41,760 bases of DNA, taken from contig JBBAAJ010000001.1 in the NCBI GenBank assembly GCA_041658365.1, positions 1-41,760 on the forward strand. Direction: 5' to 3'. The translations under genes were made by a program, and so were the position numbers. The number at the start of each line of letters is the position of its first letter. The stretch's first letter is position 1. Source of the stretch: Candidatus Peribacteraceae bacterium. GTDB lineage: Bacteria; Patescibacteriota; Gracilibacteria; Peribacterales; Peribacteraceae. The notes beneath the pieces are model-generated. The model saw nothing but the letters and a program-made list of their open reading frames with translations, had not been told where the DNA came from and searched no databases. This document shows positions 32,725-41,760 of this stretch, one piece after another.

Positions 32725-32755
32725 GGGTTGGGGTTAGGGTTGGGGTTGGGGTTAG
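32725..32755. repeat. G-rich telomere-like repeat filling the MFS-rpoD spacer
   Basis: The sequence reads gggttggggttagggttggggttggggttag. Confidence 0.9.
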
Positions 32756-32756
32756 C

Positions 32757-33956
32757 TCATGCCCCTCCCCTCTTCCGCTCCTTCACGAAGAGCAGGAGGA
32801 TGGAGGCGATCACGGTGAGCACGAGCGAGAACAGGAACGGCGCGCCGCTCCCGAAGCGGTCCCACAGAAGACCGGCGATGAGCGAGGCGGGCAGACTCAC
32901 GAGTCCGATGACCATCTGGAACCCGCCCATCGTGGAGGCAACGAACTGCGGCGGCGCGAGCTCCGCGAGGAGCGACCGCTGCACGGGGTCGAGCGCGCCG
33001 TTGAAGAGACCGTAGAGAATGAACCCCAGAAAAATGCCGGAAGATGAATGCCAGCCGATGAAGACGATGCTCACGAGCGCCCAGCAGAAAAACGCGACAT
33101 GGAGGATCGCTTTCCGTCCCACCCTGTCCGAGAGCCGGCCGAAGGGAACGGATGCTGCTGCTGCAATCATGGTGTAGGCAAGATAGAACATGGGTACGGT
33201 CGTCGCCTTGAAACCGAAGGAATTGGCGGCGATCAGCAGGAACGAATAGCTGAAGGCGCCGAGGCTGAAGATGGCGCTCAGGAGAATGTAGAGCTTGAGG
33301 TTCCAGTCCAGATCCTTGAGCCGGATGCCTTTGTAGATGTGAATGTGTTCCGACCGTCGCTCCCGGATGAGGAAGAAGACCACCGCCACCGCGAGGAACG
33401 AGGGAATGGAGGCAAGGAGGAAGAGATTGCGGTATCCCAACACACTGAGGAGAACGATGGAGATGATGACGCCGACCGCCGCGCCGGCATTGTCCATGAG
33501 CCGGATAATCCCGAAGTTCTTCCCGCGATTCCCGTCCATGGACGCCTCCGCGACGATCGCGTCGCGCGGCGAGGAACGCATCTTCCCCGAGCGGTCGAGG
33601 ATGCGCCACGGGATGAGCTGGGGCCAGCTTGAGGAAACGGCATACCCCAGCCGCGCGACGCCGCCGAAGGCATAGCCCATCCATACGAAGATTTTTCGGC
33701 GGCGGATGCGGTCCGAGATATACCCCGATACGGCCTGTGAGAGGGAAACGACCGCGTCCCCCAAACCATCAATGAAGCCGAGCACGGCCATATTCGCGCC
33801 GAGGACATTGCGCACGTAGAGGGGCCATACCGAGAACACCATCTCCGCCCCCACATCGTGGAGGAAGGAGGTGAGCGCGAAGACTCTCACGGTGCGATTG
33901 GCTTCTTTCTGATCGGGAGGAGGAGTGAGCATGGGCGGATTGTAGCTACAAAACAC
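32757..33956 (-). CDS. MFS transporter
   Basis: About 12 TM helices with the MFS-like loop GYISDRIRRRK between TM2 and TM3. The start could instead be MLTPPP at 33932. Confidence 0.88.
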   Translation of the reverse strand: MFCSYNPPMLTPPPDQKEANRTVRVFALTSFLHDVGAEMVFSVWPLYVRNVLGANMAVLGFIDGLGDAVVSLSQAVSGYISDRIRRRKIFVWMGYAFGGVARLGYAVSSSWPQLIPWRILDRSGKMRSSPRDAIVAEASMDGNRGKNFGIIRLMDNAGAAVGVIISIVLLSVLGYRNLFLLASIPSFLAVAVVFFLIRERRSEHIHIYKGIRLKDLDWNLKLYILLSAIFSLGAFSYSFLLIAANSFGFKATTVPMFYLAYTMIAAAASVPFGRLSDRVGRKAILHVAFFCWALVSIVFIGWHSSSGIFLGFILYGLFNGALDPVQRSLLAELAPPQFVASTMGGFQMVIGLVSLPASLIAGLLWDRFGSGAPFLFSLVLTVIASILLLFVKERKRGGA

Positions 33957-34002
33957 CCTGCTGCGAAGGTGGTGATGACGGACAGCGCGTATAATTCTTC
34001 CC

Positions 34003-35673
34003 GTGCGCTTTTTACGTCAGCACTGGCCGCTCATCCTCCTTCTGATCATCACGACGGCTCTCTATGCAGGGTCAGTCGGGAACGGCTTCGTTTCCCTCGA
34101 TGACCCGCTCCTCGTCACGGAGAACCGCCTCGTCACAGAGCCTTCACTCCGGCATGTCGTCGATTCTTTCCGATCCTTCGATCCGGAACTCTATGTCCCG
34201 CTCACCTTCCTGAGTTTTCAGGCCGAGGCATGGACGCTGGGAATGGAAGCCTGGCATTTCCATCTCCTGAACCTCCTCCTCCATCTTGCAGCCGTCACCC
34301 TCGTCTTCAGTATTGTTCTCGTTCTCACCCGACGGAGAGATGTAAGCCTCCTCGCCGCGGCACTCTTCGCCATCCATCCTGTCAATGCGGAGGCTGTACT
34401 CTGGGTGAGTTCGCGCAAAGACGTGCTGAGCACCGTATTCGCGCTCGCATCCCTGCGCATGTTCCTCGCAACGCGTGCGAAGCCAAGCAGACTCCGGTAC
34501 GTCCTCTGTCTCGTCCTCTTCCTCTTTGCCCTCCTCAGCAAAGTCACTGTTCTCACGCTTCCGCTCATCTTCCTGCTCACGGACTTCTACAGAGGGAACT
34601 CTGTAGGGAAGAAACAGATCAAAGAGATTACCCCGTTCCTCCTCCTGAGTATTCTCTTCGGCGTCATCGCGATTGTCGGAAAAACACACATCGTCGGACG
34701 AGAAGAGCTTTCGACCCTCGTCCTCATGGCCTTCCGTTCAACGTTCTTCTCTCTCCGCCTCCTGCTCTTCCCGTACGGGCAGTCGGCGATCCACATCCTC
34801 CATGAGCCGATCGGCATCACCTCGCCGCTTTTTGCCCTTTCGATCATCATCGTCACCGGCCTCTCCCTGTGTATCTGGAGGATGCGAAGACGCTTCCCTT
34901 CGGTCGCCTTCGGCTGGGCGTTCTTCTTAGTCGCGCTCGCACCCACGTTCCTCCACTACTCGCGCGGCGGCGAGGACATCCTGCTCGGCTCCGAGCGGTA
35001 CCTGTACTTTCCCTTCCTCGGCCTCTCCTTCATTGCTGCCGGCGTCTTCGTCGGTCTCCGGGAGAGCCGCTCCGTGACTCTGCCGACGCGCGCCGCCATG
35101 GGCATCGGCCTCGCGGGAATCCTCCTCGGCCTCGGCTCCCTCACGTTCCGTCAGGCCTCCGTTTTCCGTGACAGCATCGCTTTCAACAAAAACATCCTCC
35201 TCGAAGAGCCGGGGGACGCACGGACACACTACAATCTCGGGAACAGCTTCAAGGAAGCCGGGCGCCTGAGAGAAGCGGAGGCGTCCTACAGAACATCACT
35301 GGCTCTGAACCGGACAGCGTTCGCCCTCCCCGCCATCAACCTGGGGATCCTCCTCGTCGAGGCAGGACGCACGGAGGAGGGGCTTAAGATGCTCAAAAAA
35401 GCAACGACTATCCGCCCGGATTATTTCCGCAGTTTTTTCAATCTGGGAGTCGCCTACCAACAGCTGAAGCGTTACGACGAAGCGATGGACGCCTACCGGA
35501 AAACCATCGAACTTTTCCCCGATTTCCCCGCCGTCCACCATCATCTGGCGACCGTCTACGGGCAGAAGAAGATGTACCGCGAAGCGCTCGCCGAATTCAA
35601 AATTCTCTCGGATCTCGATCCGGGTTTTCGCGAGAAACTGCGGACGGTTGCACCGGCGTTCGTGGCGAAGTAA
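34003..35673 (+). CDS. Polytopic membrane protein with C-terminal TPR repeats (PMT_2/TMTC-like glycosyltransferase candidate)
   Basis: The N-terminus reads LYAGSVGNGFVSLDDPLLVTEN and is followed by about 10 TM helices. The C-terminus carries TPR units (HYNLGNSFKEAGRLREAEASYRTSL, FFNLGVAYQQLKRYDEAMDAYRKTI). GTG start. Confidence 0.85.
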   Translation: MRFLRQHWPLILLLIITTALYAGSVGNGFVSLDDPLLVTENRLVTEPSLRHVVDSFRSFDPELYVPLTFLSFQAEAWTLGMEAWHFHLLNLLLHLAAVTLVFSIVLVLTRRRDVSLLAAALFAIHPVNAEAVLWVSSRKDVLSTVFALASLRMFLATRAKPSRLRYVLCLVLFLFALLSKVTVLTLPLIFLLTDFYRGNSVGKKQIKEITPFLLLSILFGVIAIVGKTHIVGREELSTLVLMAFRSTFFSLRLLLFPYGQSAIHILHEPIGITSPLFALSIIIVTGLSLCIWRMRRRFPSVAFGWAFFLVALAPTFLHYSRGGEDILLGSERYLYFPFLGLSFIAAGVFVGLRESRSVTLPTRAAMGIGLAGILLGLGSLTFRQASVFRDSIAFNKNILLEEPGDARTHYNLGNSFKEAGRLREAEASYRTSLALNRTAFALPAINLGILLVEAGRTEEGLKMLKKATTIRPDYFRSFFNLGVAYQQLKRYDEAMDAYRKTIELFPDFPAVHHHLATVYGQKKMYREALAEFKILSDLDPGFREKLRTVAPAFVAK

Positions 35674-36082
35674 AACGTTTCCTCCAAAATGCGGACAGAC
35701 GTATCCTCGTCAATGTAAGAGAACGCGAGAGAGAGGACACCGGTGTTCGCCACAGTACCTGACGGATTTGCAGAAGGTATTTCGTCACCGGCTTTTTCTG
35801 CAGTTCTTCCTCCTGCCTGGCATGGTGTATTGAACGCAGCTTCAGGGAAGAGGACATGAGGGAACTATAACCGCCGGATCAGGAGTGCCAAGCAAAAATT
35901 TCATACAAGCGATATCGAGGGCATCGGTGCCGTTTCCCGCAAGAAACGATGGAAGACATACCATATCTATAAACCACTTTTTTACTGTTGCAACTCCTCC
36001 CTTTTTGCTTCTACTTGCGCTTAGGAAGCAGCGAACCCCATGATATGGGTCAAACTTTTCAAGCACCTTTCCAACACTTCCC

Positions 36083-38137
36083 ATGACCGAATCATTCGCC
36101 TCGCTCGCTTCTCTCACCATCGCAGCGGGAATCCTGGCGCTCCTCGTGGCCTTTGCATTCCGCTTCACCATCGGTCGGCAGAGCGACGGCACGGATGTCA
36201 TGCGCGCACTGAGCGGAAAAATCCGCACGGGCGCCATGGCCTTCCTCACACGCGAGTACACGGTCATCGCCCCGTTCATCCTGATCGCCACCGCGCTCAT
36301 CTACCTGTTCCTCGACACGGGATGGGCGAATGTCGGCTTGAGCTGGGGGAAACCGTACACCGCCTTGAGCTTCGTGATCGGCGCATTCTCCTCGGCGCTC
36401 GCCGGCTTCATCGGCATGCGCACGGCGACGATGGCGAACGTCCGCACGACCGAAGCCGCGCGCACAAGCATCGTGAAAGCGCTCCGTATCTCGTTCATGA
36501 GCGGAGCGACGATGGGTCTCGCGGTCGTGGGACTCGGGCTTCTGGGCTTCGTGGGGACACTGATGTTCCTCCTCACGAAGATGGATCTCGCAGGCTCCCT
36601 CCAGGCGATCACCGGCTTCGGCTTCGGCGCGTCCTGTGTGGCGCTCTTCGCCCGGGTCGGCGGCGGCATCTACACGAAAGCCGCGGACGTGGGTGCGGAC
36701 CTCGTCGGAAAACTGGAAGCCGGTATCCCGGAGGATGATCCCCGGAATCCGGCGGTGATCGCGGACAACGTGGGAGACAACGTCGGCGACGTCGCCGGCA
36801 TGGGCGCGGATCTCTTCGAGAGCTACATCGGTTCGTTGCTCGCCACCATGCTCGTCGGACTCAACGTGACATGGGGCACCGAGCAGGCGATCCTCTTCCC
36901 GCTCCTCGTGGCCGCCGTGGGCATCGTCGCCACCATTCTCGCGACGTTCGTCGTGCGTACGCAGGATCCCAGGCGCGTGGAGCGCGCACTGAAGAACGGC
37001 ATGTTCGCGGCATCACTGCTCGCCGTCATCGGCGTCTTCCTGCTCGCGAGGAAGTTTCTGCCGCAGGAAGTTGCCATGGGTGTCGCATGGGCGACGACCG
37101 CAGGACTCGTCGCCGGCGTTCTGGTCGGCGTCATCACCGAGTACTTCACCTCGCATGCGTACCGTCCGGTACGCGCACTCGCGAATTCCACGAAAACCGG
37201 CGCCGCGACCGCCCTCATCGAGGGTCTCGCGCTCGGGTACATGTCCACAGCCCTGCCCATTCTCGTGCTTGCGGGTGCGATCGCCGCCGCCTACTGGCAG
37301 GCGGGGATGTACGGCATCGGCATCGGCGCCGTCGGCATGCTCATGACCCTCGGAATGACGCTGGCCATGGACTCGTTCGGTCCGGTGGCGGACAACGCCG
37401 GCGGGATCGCGGAAATGAGCAAACTCCCGAAGGAAGTGCGCGAGAGGACGGATGCGCTGGACGCCGCGGGGAACACGACCGCCGCCATCGGCAAAGGCTT
37501 CGCCATCGGCGTGGGCGGCTTCATGTGTCTGGCGCTCTTCGGCGCGTACAAGGAGCAGGCGGGGCTCACCGGCATCGACGTGAGCAATCCCACCTCCCTC
37601 ATGGGCCTCCTGATCGGCGGCATGATCCCGTTCCTCTTCAGCTCTCTCACCATGCGGGCCGTCGGACGAGCGGCCATGTCCATCATCGAAGAAGTCCGCC
37701 GCCAGTTTCGTGAAATCAATGGCCTGATGGAAGGCACTGCCGAGGGCGACCCGGCCGCGTGCATCGCGATCGCCACCTCAGCGGCAATCCGCGAGATGGT
37801 GCTCCCCGGCATCCTCGCCATCGCTTCCCCCATCGTCATCGGACTCCTCCTCGGGAAGGAAGCCCTCGGCGGCCTCCTCGCCGGAACGCTCGTGAGCTCC
37901 ATGATGCTCGGTACCTCGATGGCCAATAGTGGCGGCGCCTGGGACAACGCGAAGAAGTACATCGAATCCGGCCAGCTCGGCGGCAAAGGATCGGACTCGC
38001 ACAAGGCCGCCGTTGTCGGCGACACGGTGGGTGACCCCTTCAAGGATACGTCGGGACCGTCACTCAACATCCTCGTGAAGCTGATGACGATGGTATCGGT
38101 CCTGACCGCGGGGCTGTACGGGGCTGGTATACTTTAA
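36083..38137 (+). CDS. hppA: Membrane-bound pyrophosphatase, K+-dependent type signature
   Basis: GGGIYTKAADVGADLVGKLEAGIPEDDPRNPAVIADNVGDNVGDVAGMGADLFESY. GNTTAAIGKGFAIG has Ala where K+-independent enzymes have Lys. Confidence 0.97.
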   Translation: MTESFASLASLTIAAGILALLVAFAFRFTIGRQSDGTDVMRALSGKIRTGAMAFLTREYTVIAPFILIATALIYLFLDTGWANVGLSWGKPYTALSFVIGAFSSALAGFIGMRTATMANVRTTEAARTSIVKALRISFMSGATMGLAVVGLGLLGFVGTLMFLLTKMDLAGSLQAITGFGFGASCVALFARVGGGIYTKAADVGADLVGKLEAGIPEDDPRNPAVIADNVGDNVGDVAGMGADLFESYIGSLLATMLVGLNVTWGTEQAILFPLLVAAVGIVATILATFVVRTQDPRRVERALKNGMFAASLLAVIGVFLLARKFLPQEVAMGVAWATTAGLVAGVLVGVITEYFTSHAYRPVRALANSTKTGAATALIEGLALGYMSTALPILVLAGAIAAAYWQAGMYGIGIGAVGMLMTLGMTLAMDSFGPVADNAGGIAEMSKLPKEVRERTDALDAAGNTTAAIGKGFAIGVGGFMCLALFGAYKEQAGLTGIDVSNPTSLMGLLIGGMIPFLFSSLTMRAVGRAAMSIIEEVRRQFREINGLMEGTAEGDPAACIAIATSAAIREMVLPGILAIASPIVIGLLLGKEALGGLLAGTLVSSMMLGTSMANSGGAWDNAKKYIESGQLGGKGSDSHKAAVVGDTVGDPFKDTSGPSLNILVKLMTMVSVLTAGLYGAGIL

Positions 38138-38144
38138 CCTCGAC

Positions 38145-39551
38145 ATGCATCCTCTCCGTCTCATCGCGCTGGCCATCGTGTCTTCCGTGTTCCTCGGTAC
38201 GGTGGTCGCGGTTGCGCAAAACACGGTGACGTACGACGAAAGCCGCCTCGTTTCCCTGTATCAGGAGTACGTCAGAAATGCGAACAAGGGAAAGGATGAT
38301 GCCTACCTCACGAAGCGCATCACACAGGAACGTGCGCGGATCCGCAGGCTGGCTGACGAGGAGATCAAGCAAGTCGTCGCGCCTGCCACCAGCACTGACG
38401 TAAGCGACGAGACCGTCCTTCCCAAGGCAATGGACAGGCAGCGAAGCGTCGTCTCTGTTCTGGATGAACGGCTGCGCGAACGCAAAGTGGACCTGGACAT
38501 CCTCAAGGAAGAGGAGAAGAAGTACTACCTCTCGCCCGGCTCCGCCACGGGCGCGACCGAGGAATTCCGCCTCACGAAAACCTACCCGGAGCTCCTCGCG
38601 AAGAAGGCGATCCTCGAGGAACGGCTCGCCGCGCTGGAAACGGCGCTCCCGCTCCAGCACGACCGCTTGAGCAAGCTCTCGTCCCAACAGAGTTTCGAGC
38701 AATTCGCGTTCCTCGTAAGTTTCCTCTCCTACGCCGCCATCATCCTCTTCGGGGTCATCCTCGACCGGCTGCTCCGGAGACTCGTCGTCGGGAAAATCGA
38801 GAAAAAGGGGCACCGTTATCTCGTCTCGAAAGTCCTCTCCGCCGCCATCTACATCCTCACCGGACTTTGGCTTCTCAGCAAGCTCTTTTCGGAACACCCG
38901 AGTGCTGTCGCGTCACTCGCGATCATCGGCGCCGGTATCGCCATCGCCATGCAGGACGTTGTAAAAGACATCGTCGGCTGGGCCATCATCATTCAAAAAC
39001 GTCCCTTCACCCTCGGCGATCGCGTCTGCATTGGCAATTCCACCGGTGATGTCATCGACATCGGCATGCTCCGGTCGACGATGCTGGAAGTCAGCACAAC
39101 CGGCATATTCAACTCGCTCGAAAGAACCGGCAAGACGCTGTACATTCCGAATTCCCTGATTCTGAGAGAACCGGTTTTGAACTATCACACAACGTCCGAC
39201 TTCCTGAACGCCGAGATGCAGGTGACCATTTCCTATGAGAGCAACTGGCGCAAAGCGGAACAAATTCTGCGCGAAGTACTGCACGCGGAGACGCTCCCCT
39301 TCGTGGAGCAGGCGAAGCACCAGCAACGGAAACGCACGGCTCTCTTCTACTCATCGTGGGAGGTGGCCGGACCCGAAGTGCACACGGACCTCGCGCCGAG
39401 CGGCGTCCTCTTCACTCTCAAGTTCACCGTCCCCATCGGCCAGAGGCGCGACGTGGTGACGAGGCTCTCGCGCACGATCCTCGAGCGTTTCGAGGCCGCG
39501 CACGATATCGATCTGGCCTTCAATACGATCCGGGTGATTGGGGGGAAATAG
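38145..39551 (+). CDS. MscS-family mechanosensitive channel with an N-terminal coiled-coil region
   Basis: The pore and beta-domain region reads GAGIAIAMQDVVKDIVGWAIIIQKRPFTLGDRVCIGNSTGDVIDIGMLRSTMLEV. TATACT (38128-38133) lies 11 nt upstream of the ATG. Confidence 0.9.
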   Translation: MHPLRLIALAIVSSVFLGTVVAVAQNTVTYDESRLVSLYQEYVRNANKGKDDAYLTKRITQERARIRRLADEEIKQVVAPATSTDVSDETVLPKAMDRQRSVVSVLDERLRERKVDLDILKEEEKKYYLSPGSATGATEEFRLTKTYPELLAKKAILEERLAALETALPLQHDRLSKLSSQQSFEQFAFLVSFLSYAAIILFGVILDRLLRRLVVGKIEKKGHRYLVSKVLSAAIYILTGLWLLSKLFSEHPSAVASLAIIGAGIAIAMQDVVKDIVGWAIIIQKRPFTLGDRVCIGNSTGDVIDIGMLRSTMLEVSTTGIFNSLERTGKTLYIPNSLILREPVLNYHTTSDFLNAEMQVTISYESNWRKAEQILREVLHAETLPFVEQAKHQQRKRTALFYSSWEVAGPEVHTDLAPSGVLFTLKFTVPIGQRRDVVTRLSRTILERFEAAHDIDLAFNTIRVIGGK

Positions 39552-39560
39552 GATGAGGAA

Positions 39561-39601
39561 GCGCGGCCATCCTGGCCGCGTACGCGCCCTGGAAGGGCGC
39601 G
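39561..39601. terminator. Two GC-rich hairpins between convergent genes
   Basis: GCGGCCA-tcc-TGGCCGC and CGCGCCC-tggaa-GGGCGCG. There is no clear U-run. Confidence 0.35.
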
Positions 39602-39631
39602 CTGGAGAAATACAAGTCACAAAAATCGGCT

Positions 39632-40606
39632 TCACGACGGTAATATCTCTGTCCTCTCTTTCGGTTCGATGAACTTCAAACCCAGCGCCCGGTAAATGTC
39701 CTCCTCCGTTTCACTTACCACAGACTTGCTTCCACGAAACAGGCCGTATTCGTTGAGCTTTAGGCCACGTTCGATCGCGAGACGCCGGAGCATGATGTTG
39801 TGCTCCTTCGTCCCGGTGAAGTAGAGGAATGCACTCCCCCACTCTTTCATCCTGACAATCCGAATATCGACCCTTAAGCCCGACTTGATGTCGAAGGAAA
39901 TCTTCGTCGGCCCCTCGGCAACCATGCGGGCGAACTTCGGGAATTTCCGCGCCGCATCGGCGACAGAGTGCGCCACGTTCTCGGTGACCTTTTTGCCCTG
40001 CACGCCGATGAGGATATCGATGTCCCCGACCGTTTCCTTGTGACGGCGGTAGGAGCCCGCGGCCTCGCTGCGATTCACTCCCCCGATCCCCCGGAGTGCT
40101 TTCAGGAGCCGCTCCACATCTGCTTCGACTTCCGGGCGCGGAAAACGTTTGGCCCCCTCCTTCGCGCGCTGTGCATTTTCCAGAATTTTCTTCTCCAAGA
40201 TCTCCGAGAAACCCGGAAGTGTGCGCAGTCGTCCGATCTGCGCGGCTTCGATGAGCTCTGGAATCGTGCGGACATCGAGATGCTGCTCGATCTCGCGGAC
40301 CCGGCGAGGACCCAAATCCTCCACCGACAGCAGCCCGGAGGCGCCCATGCTGGTCTCGGCGACGAGATGGTCGAGAACCCGGATCTTCCCTGTTGTACAG
40401 TACTCGATAATTTTGTCAGCCAGCGCCTCACCGATGCCCGGGAGCTTCATCAGTTCCTTTTTCTCGGTCATTTCCGCGATGTCCTTCGGCAGATCCTCGA
40501 TCGTCTGCGCCGCGTGGCGGTAGGCCGCCGGCTTGAACTGGACTCCCTGGTAATCCAGGAGATCCGCGATCTGCCGGAAGAGCCGTGCAAGGGAGGCGTT
40601 CTCCAT
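39632..40606 (-). CDS. Family X DNA polymerase (Pol beta-like core, no PHP domain)
   Basis: HhH motifs (LPGIGEALADKI, LGPRRVREI). The nucleotidyltransferase motif is GSYRRHKETVGDIDILI, with a third Asp in RVDIRIV. At 324 aa it ends before any PHP domain. Confidence 0.88.
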   Translation of the reverse strand: MENASLARLFRQIADLLDYQGVQFKPAAYRHAAQTIEDLPKDIAEMTEKKELMKLPGIGEALADKIIEYCTTGKIRVLDHLVAETSMGASGLLSVEDLGPRRVREIEQHLDVRTIPELIEAAQIGRLRTLPGFSEILEKKILENAQRAKEGAKRFPRPEVEADVERLLKALRGIGGVNRSEAAGSYRRHKETVGDIDILIGVQGKKVTENVAHSVADAARKFPKFARMVAEGPTKISFDIKSGLRVDIRIVRMKEWGSAFLYFTGTKEHNIMLRRLAIERGLKLNEYGLFRGSKSVVSETEEDIYRALGLKFIEPKERTEILPS

Positions 40607-40688
40607 GATGGAAAATCATACCACGGATGATCCAGTATCAATCACAAGCAGATGCAACTTCCCGCCTGATCCGCTACGCTGTTTCCGC

Positions 40689-41729
40689 ATGTCACCGAAG
40701 CTCTCCTACAAAGACGCTGGCGTGGACATCGATACAGCCGATGCGACGAAGCAACGGATGGCGAGGAGCCTATGGACCTCGAGCCCGCGCGTGCTCAACC
40801 GGATCGGCGCGTTCGCGTCGCTCGTGGAGGGTCGGTTTCCCGGCTACAAGCACCCTGTCCTCGTCTGCAAGACGGAAGAGCCGGGCTCCAAGCAGCTCCT
40901 CGCCTTCCAGCACAAGCGGATCCCGGGCATCTGCGCCGACCTCATCCACCACCTCGTCAACGACGTGATCGTCATGGGTGCGAAACCTCTCTACGTCCAG
41001 GATCTCATCGTCTGCGGCAAGCTCGAGAAGGATACCGTCGCCTCCCTCGTGGAACACATGTCCAAAGCGTGCCGCGAGCAGGGGTGCGTCCTCACGGGCG
41101 GCGAGACGTCGGAGCAGCCGGGCGTGCTCAAGCCCGGAACGTACGTCCTGGGCGCCAGCTGCATCGGCGTTGTCGAGAAGGACAAGATTGTCGATGGATC
41201 GGCCATCAGACCCGGGGATATCGTTCTCGGACTGGAATCGAGCGGCCTCCACACGAACGGCTACACGCTCGTGCGGGCGCTCATTCAGCAGTATCCGGGC
41301 ATCATCCACGAACGCATCGGCAACCAGACATTCCTCGGGGCGATCCTCACTCCTCACCGGTGCTACTACCAAGCTCTGAAGGACATCTTCCCGAAGAAAG
41401 TCCTGCATGGAATGGCACACATTACCGGCGGCGGAATCCCGGGGAACTTGAACCGCATCCTGCCTGCGGGGCTCGATGCCGTCATCGATGCAAACGCCAT
41501 CAGGATTCTGCCAATTTTTTCCTTCCTCAAACGCCATTCGGGAAACGACGATGCGGATATGATCAGGACGTTCAATCTCGGCGTCGGGATGACGCTGGTC
41601 TTAAACCCCAGGCAGGTGAAGAAAGTCGTCGCTCACATCAAGAAGCACAAGATCAATTGTTACCCCATCGGCAGTATTGAAAAAGCAGGATCGCAGAAAG
41701 TCCGGATGCGCGGGGAGTTGAAGTGGTAA
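40689..41729 (+). CDS. purM: Phosphoribosylformylglycinamidine cyclo-ligase (AIR synthetase)
   Basis: SYKDAGVDID, HLVNDVIVMGAKPLYVQD, LTGGETSEQPGV and NLGVGMTLV are present. The start is ATG 40689. Confidence 0.95.
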   Translation: MSPKLSYKDAGVDIDTADATKQRMARSLWTSSPRVLNRIGAFASLVEGRFPGYKHPVLVCKTEEPGSKQLLAFQHKRIPGICADLIHHLVNDVIVMGAKPLYVQDLIVCGKLEKDTVASLVEHMSKACREQGCVLTGGETSEQPGVLKPGTYVLGASCIGVVEKDKIVDGSAIRPGDIVLGLESSGLHTNGYTLVRALIQQYPGIIHERIGNQTFLGAILTPHRCYYQALKDIFPKKVLHGMAHITGGGIPGNLNRILPAGLDAVIDANAIRILPIFSFLKRHSGNDDADMIRTFNLGVGMTLVLNPRQVKKVVAHIKKHKINCYPIGSIEKAGSQKVRMRGELKW

Positions 41730-41732
41730 TTC

Positions 41733-41760
41733 ATGAGGCAAAATCAAATTGAAATCGGCT
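41733..41760 (+). CDS. 5' end of the next gene (partial, MRQNQIEIG...)
   Basis: ATG lies 4 nt after the purM stop and the frame is open to the window edge. It is too short to assign a product. Confidence 0.2.

Noticed and set aside
36040-36738. 232-aa and 280-aa (36871-37713) plus-strand ORFs in alternative frames, and the 35842-36300 minus ORF
   Set aside because: They overlap the hppA reading frame, which is strongly supported by family motifs. Their products are Arg/His/Gly-rich.

Overview
High-GC (about 60% by eye) bacterial chromosomal segment. It mixes housekeeping genes with many small membrane or surface proteins. The gene content is VirB2/TrbC-like pilin paralogs, a GH57/GH15/GT/ROK glycogen cluster, PolX, a membrane pyrophosphatase and few biosynthetic genes. 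This suggests a reduced-genome bacterium, possibly CPR/Patescibacteria-like, but that is inference only. I support about 38 protein genes, one tRNA-Gln(CTG) and no rRNA or CRISPR. Recognisable genes are a membrane-anchored Clp/Hsp100 ATPase, rnc, nusB, rpmF, a BI-1/YccA protein, folP, gmk, an SLH surface protein, ROK kinase, GH15, GH57, a glycogen-synthase-like GT, an S8 protease, rpoD, an MFS transporter, a TPR membrane protein, hppA, an MscS channel, PolX and purM. The most unusual content falls into six groups. (1) Coordinates 19.3-29.5 kb look like an accessory stretch. It holds a lower-GC 1049-aa orphan protein with a divergent PLP (class V aminotransferase-like) C-terminal half, an aminotransferase gene remnant and an orphan HPr. 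It also holds a decayed ~3 kb integrative element flanked by 110-nt direct repeats that duplicate the 5' end of a membrane-protein gene. That element carries a NYN gene, a recombinase remnant, an AT-rich membrane+HEPN-like pair, and a RayT fragment with a REP pair. A tRNA-Gln follows, with serial copies of its 3'-end-like sequence, a second NYN gene and another AT-rich membrane gene. (2) Almost every intergenic spacer carries its own short tandem repeat (7-13 nt units). These include a telomere-like G-rich (GGGTT/GGGTTA)n family at four loci. Some form inverted arms and some run into ORF 3' ends. (3) Two adjacent paralogs each contain three VirB2/TrbC-like hairpin modules. (4) A ~440-nt ORF-poor, hairpin-rich region with its own promoter-like site is a candidate ncRNA. 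(5) rpoD carries a C-terminal winged-helix-like extension. (6) -10 boxes sit 6-11 nt from many start codons with no Shine-Dalgarno sequence, which suggests leaderless mRNAs. All functional calls rest on motif recognition by eye, and no database search was run.
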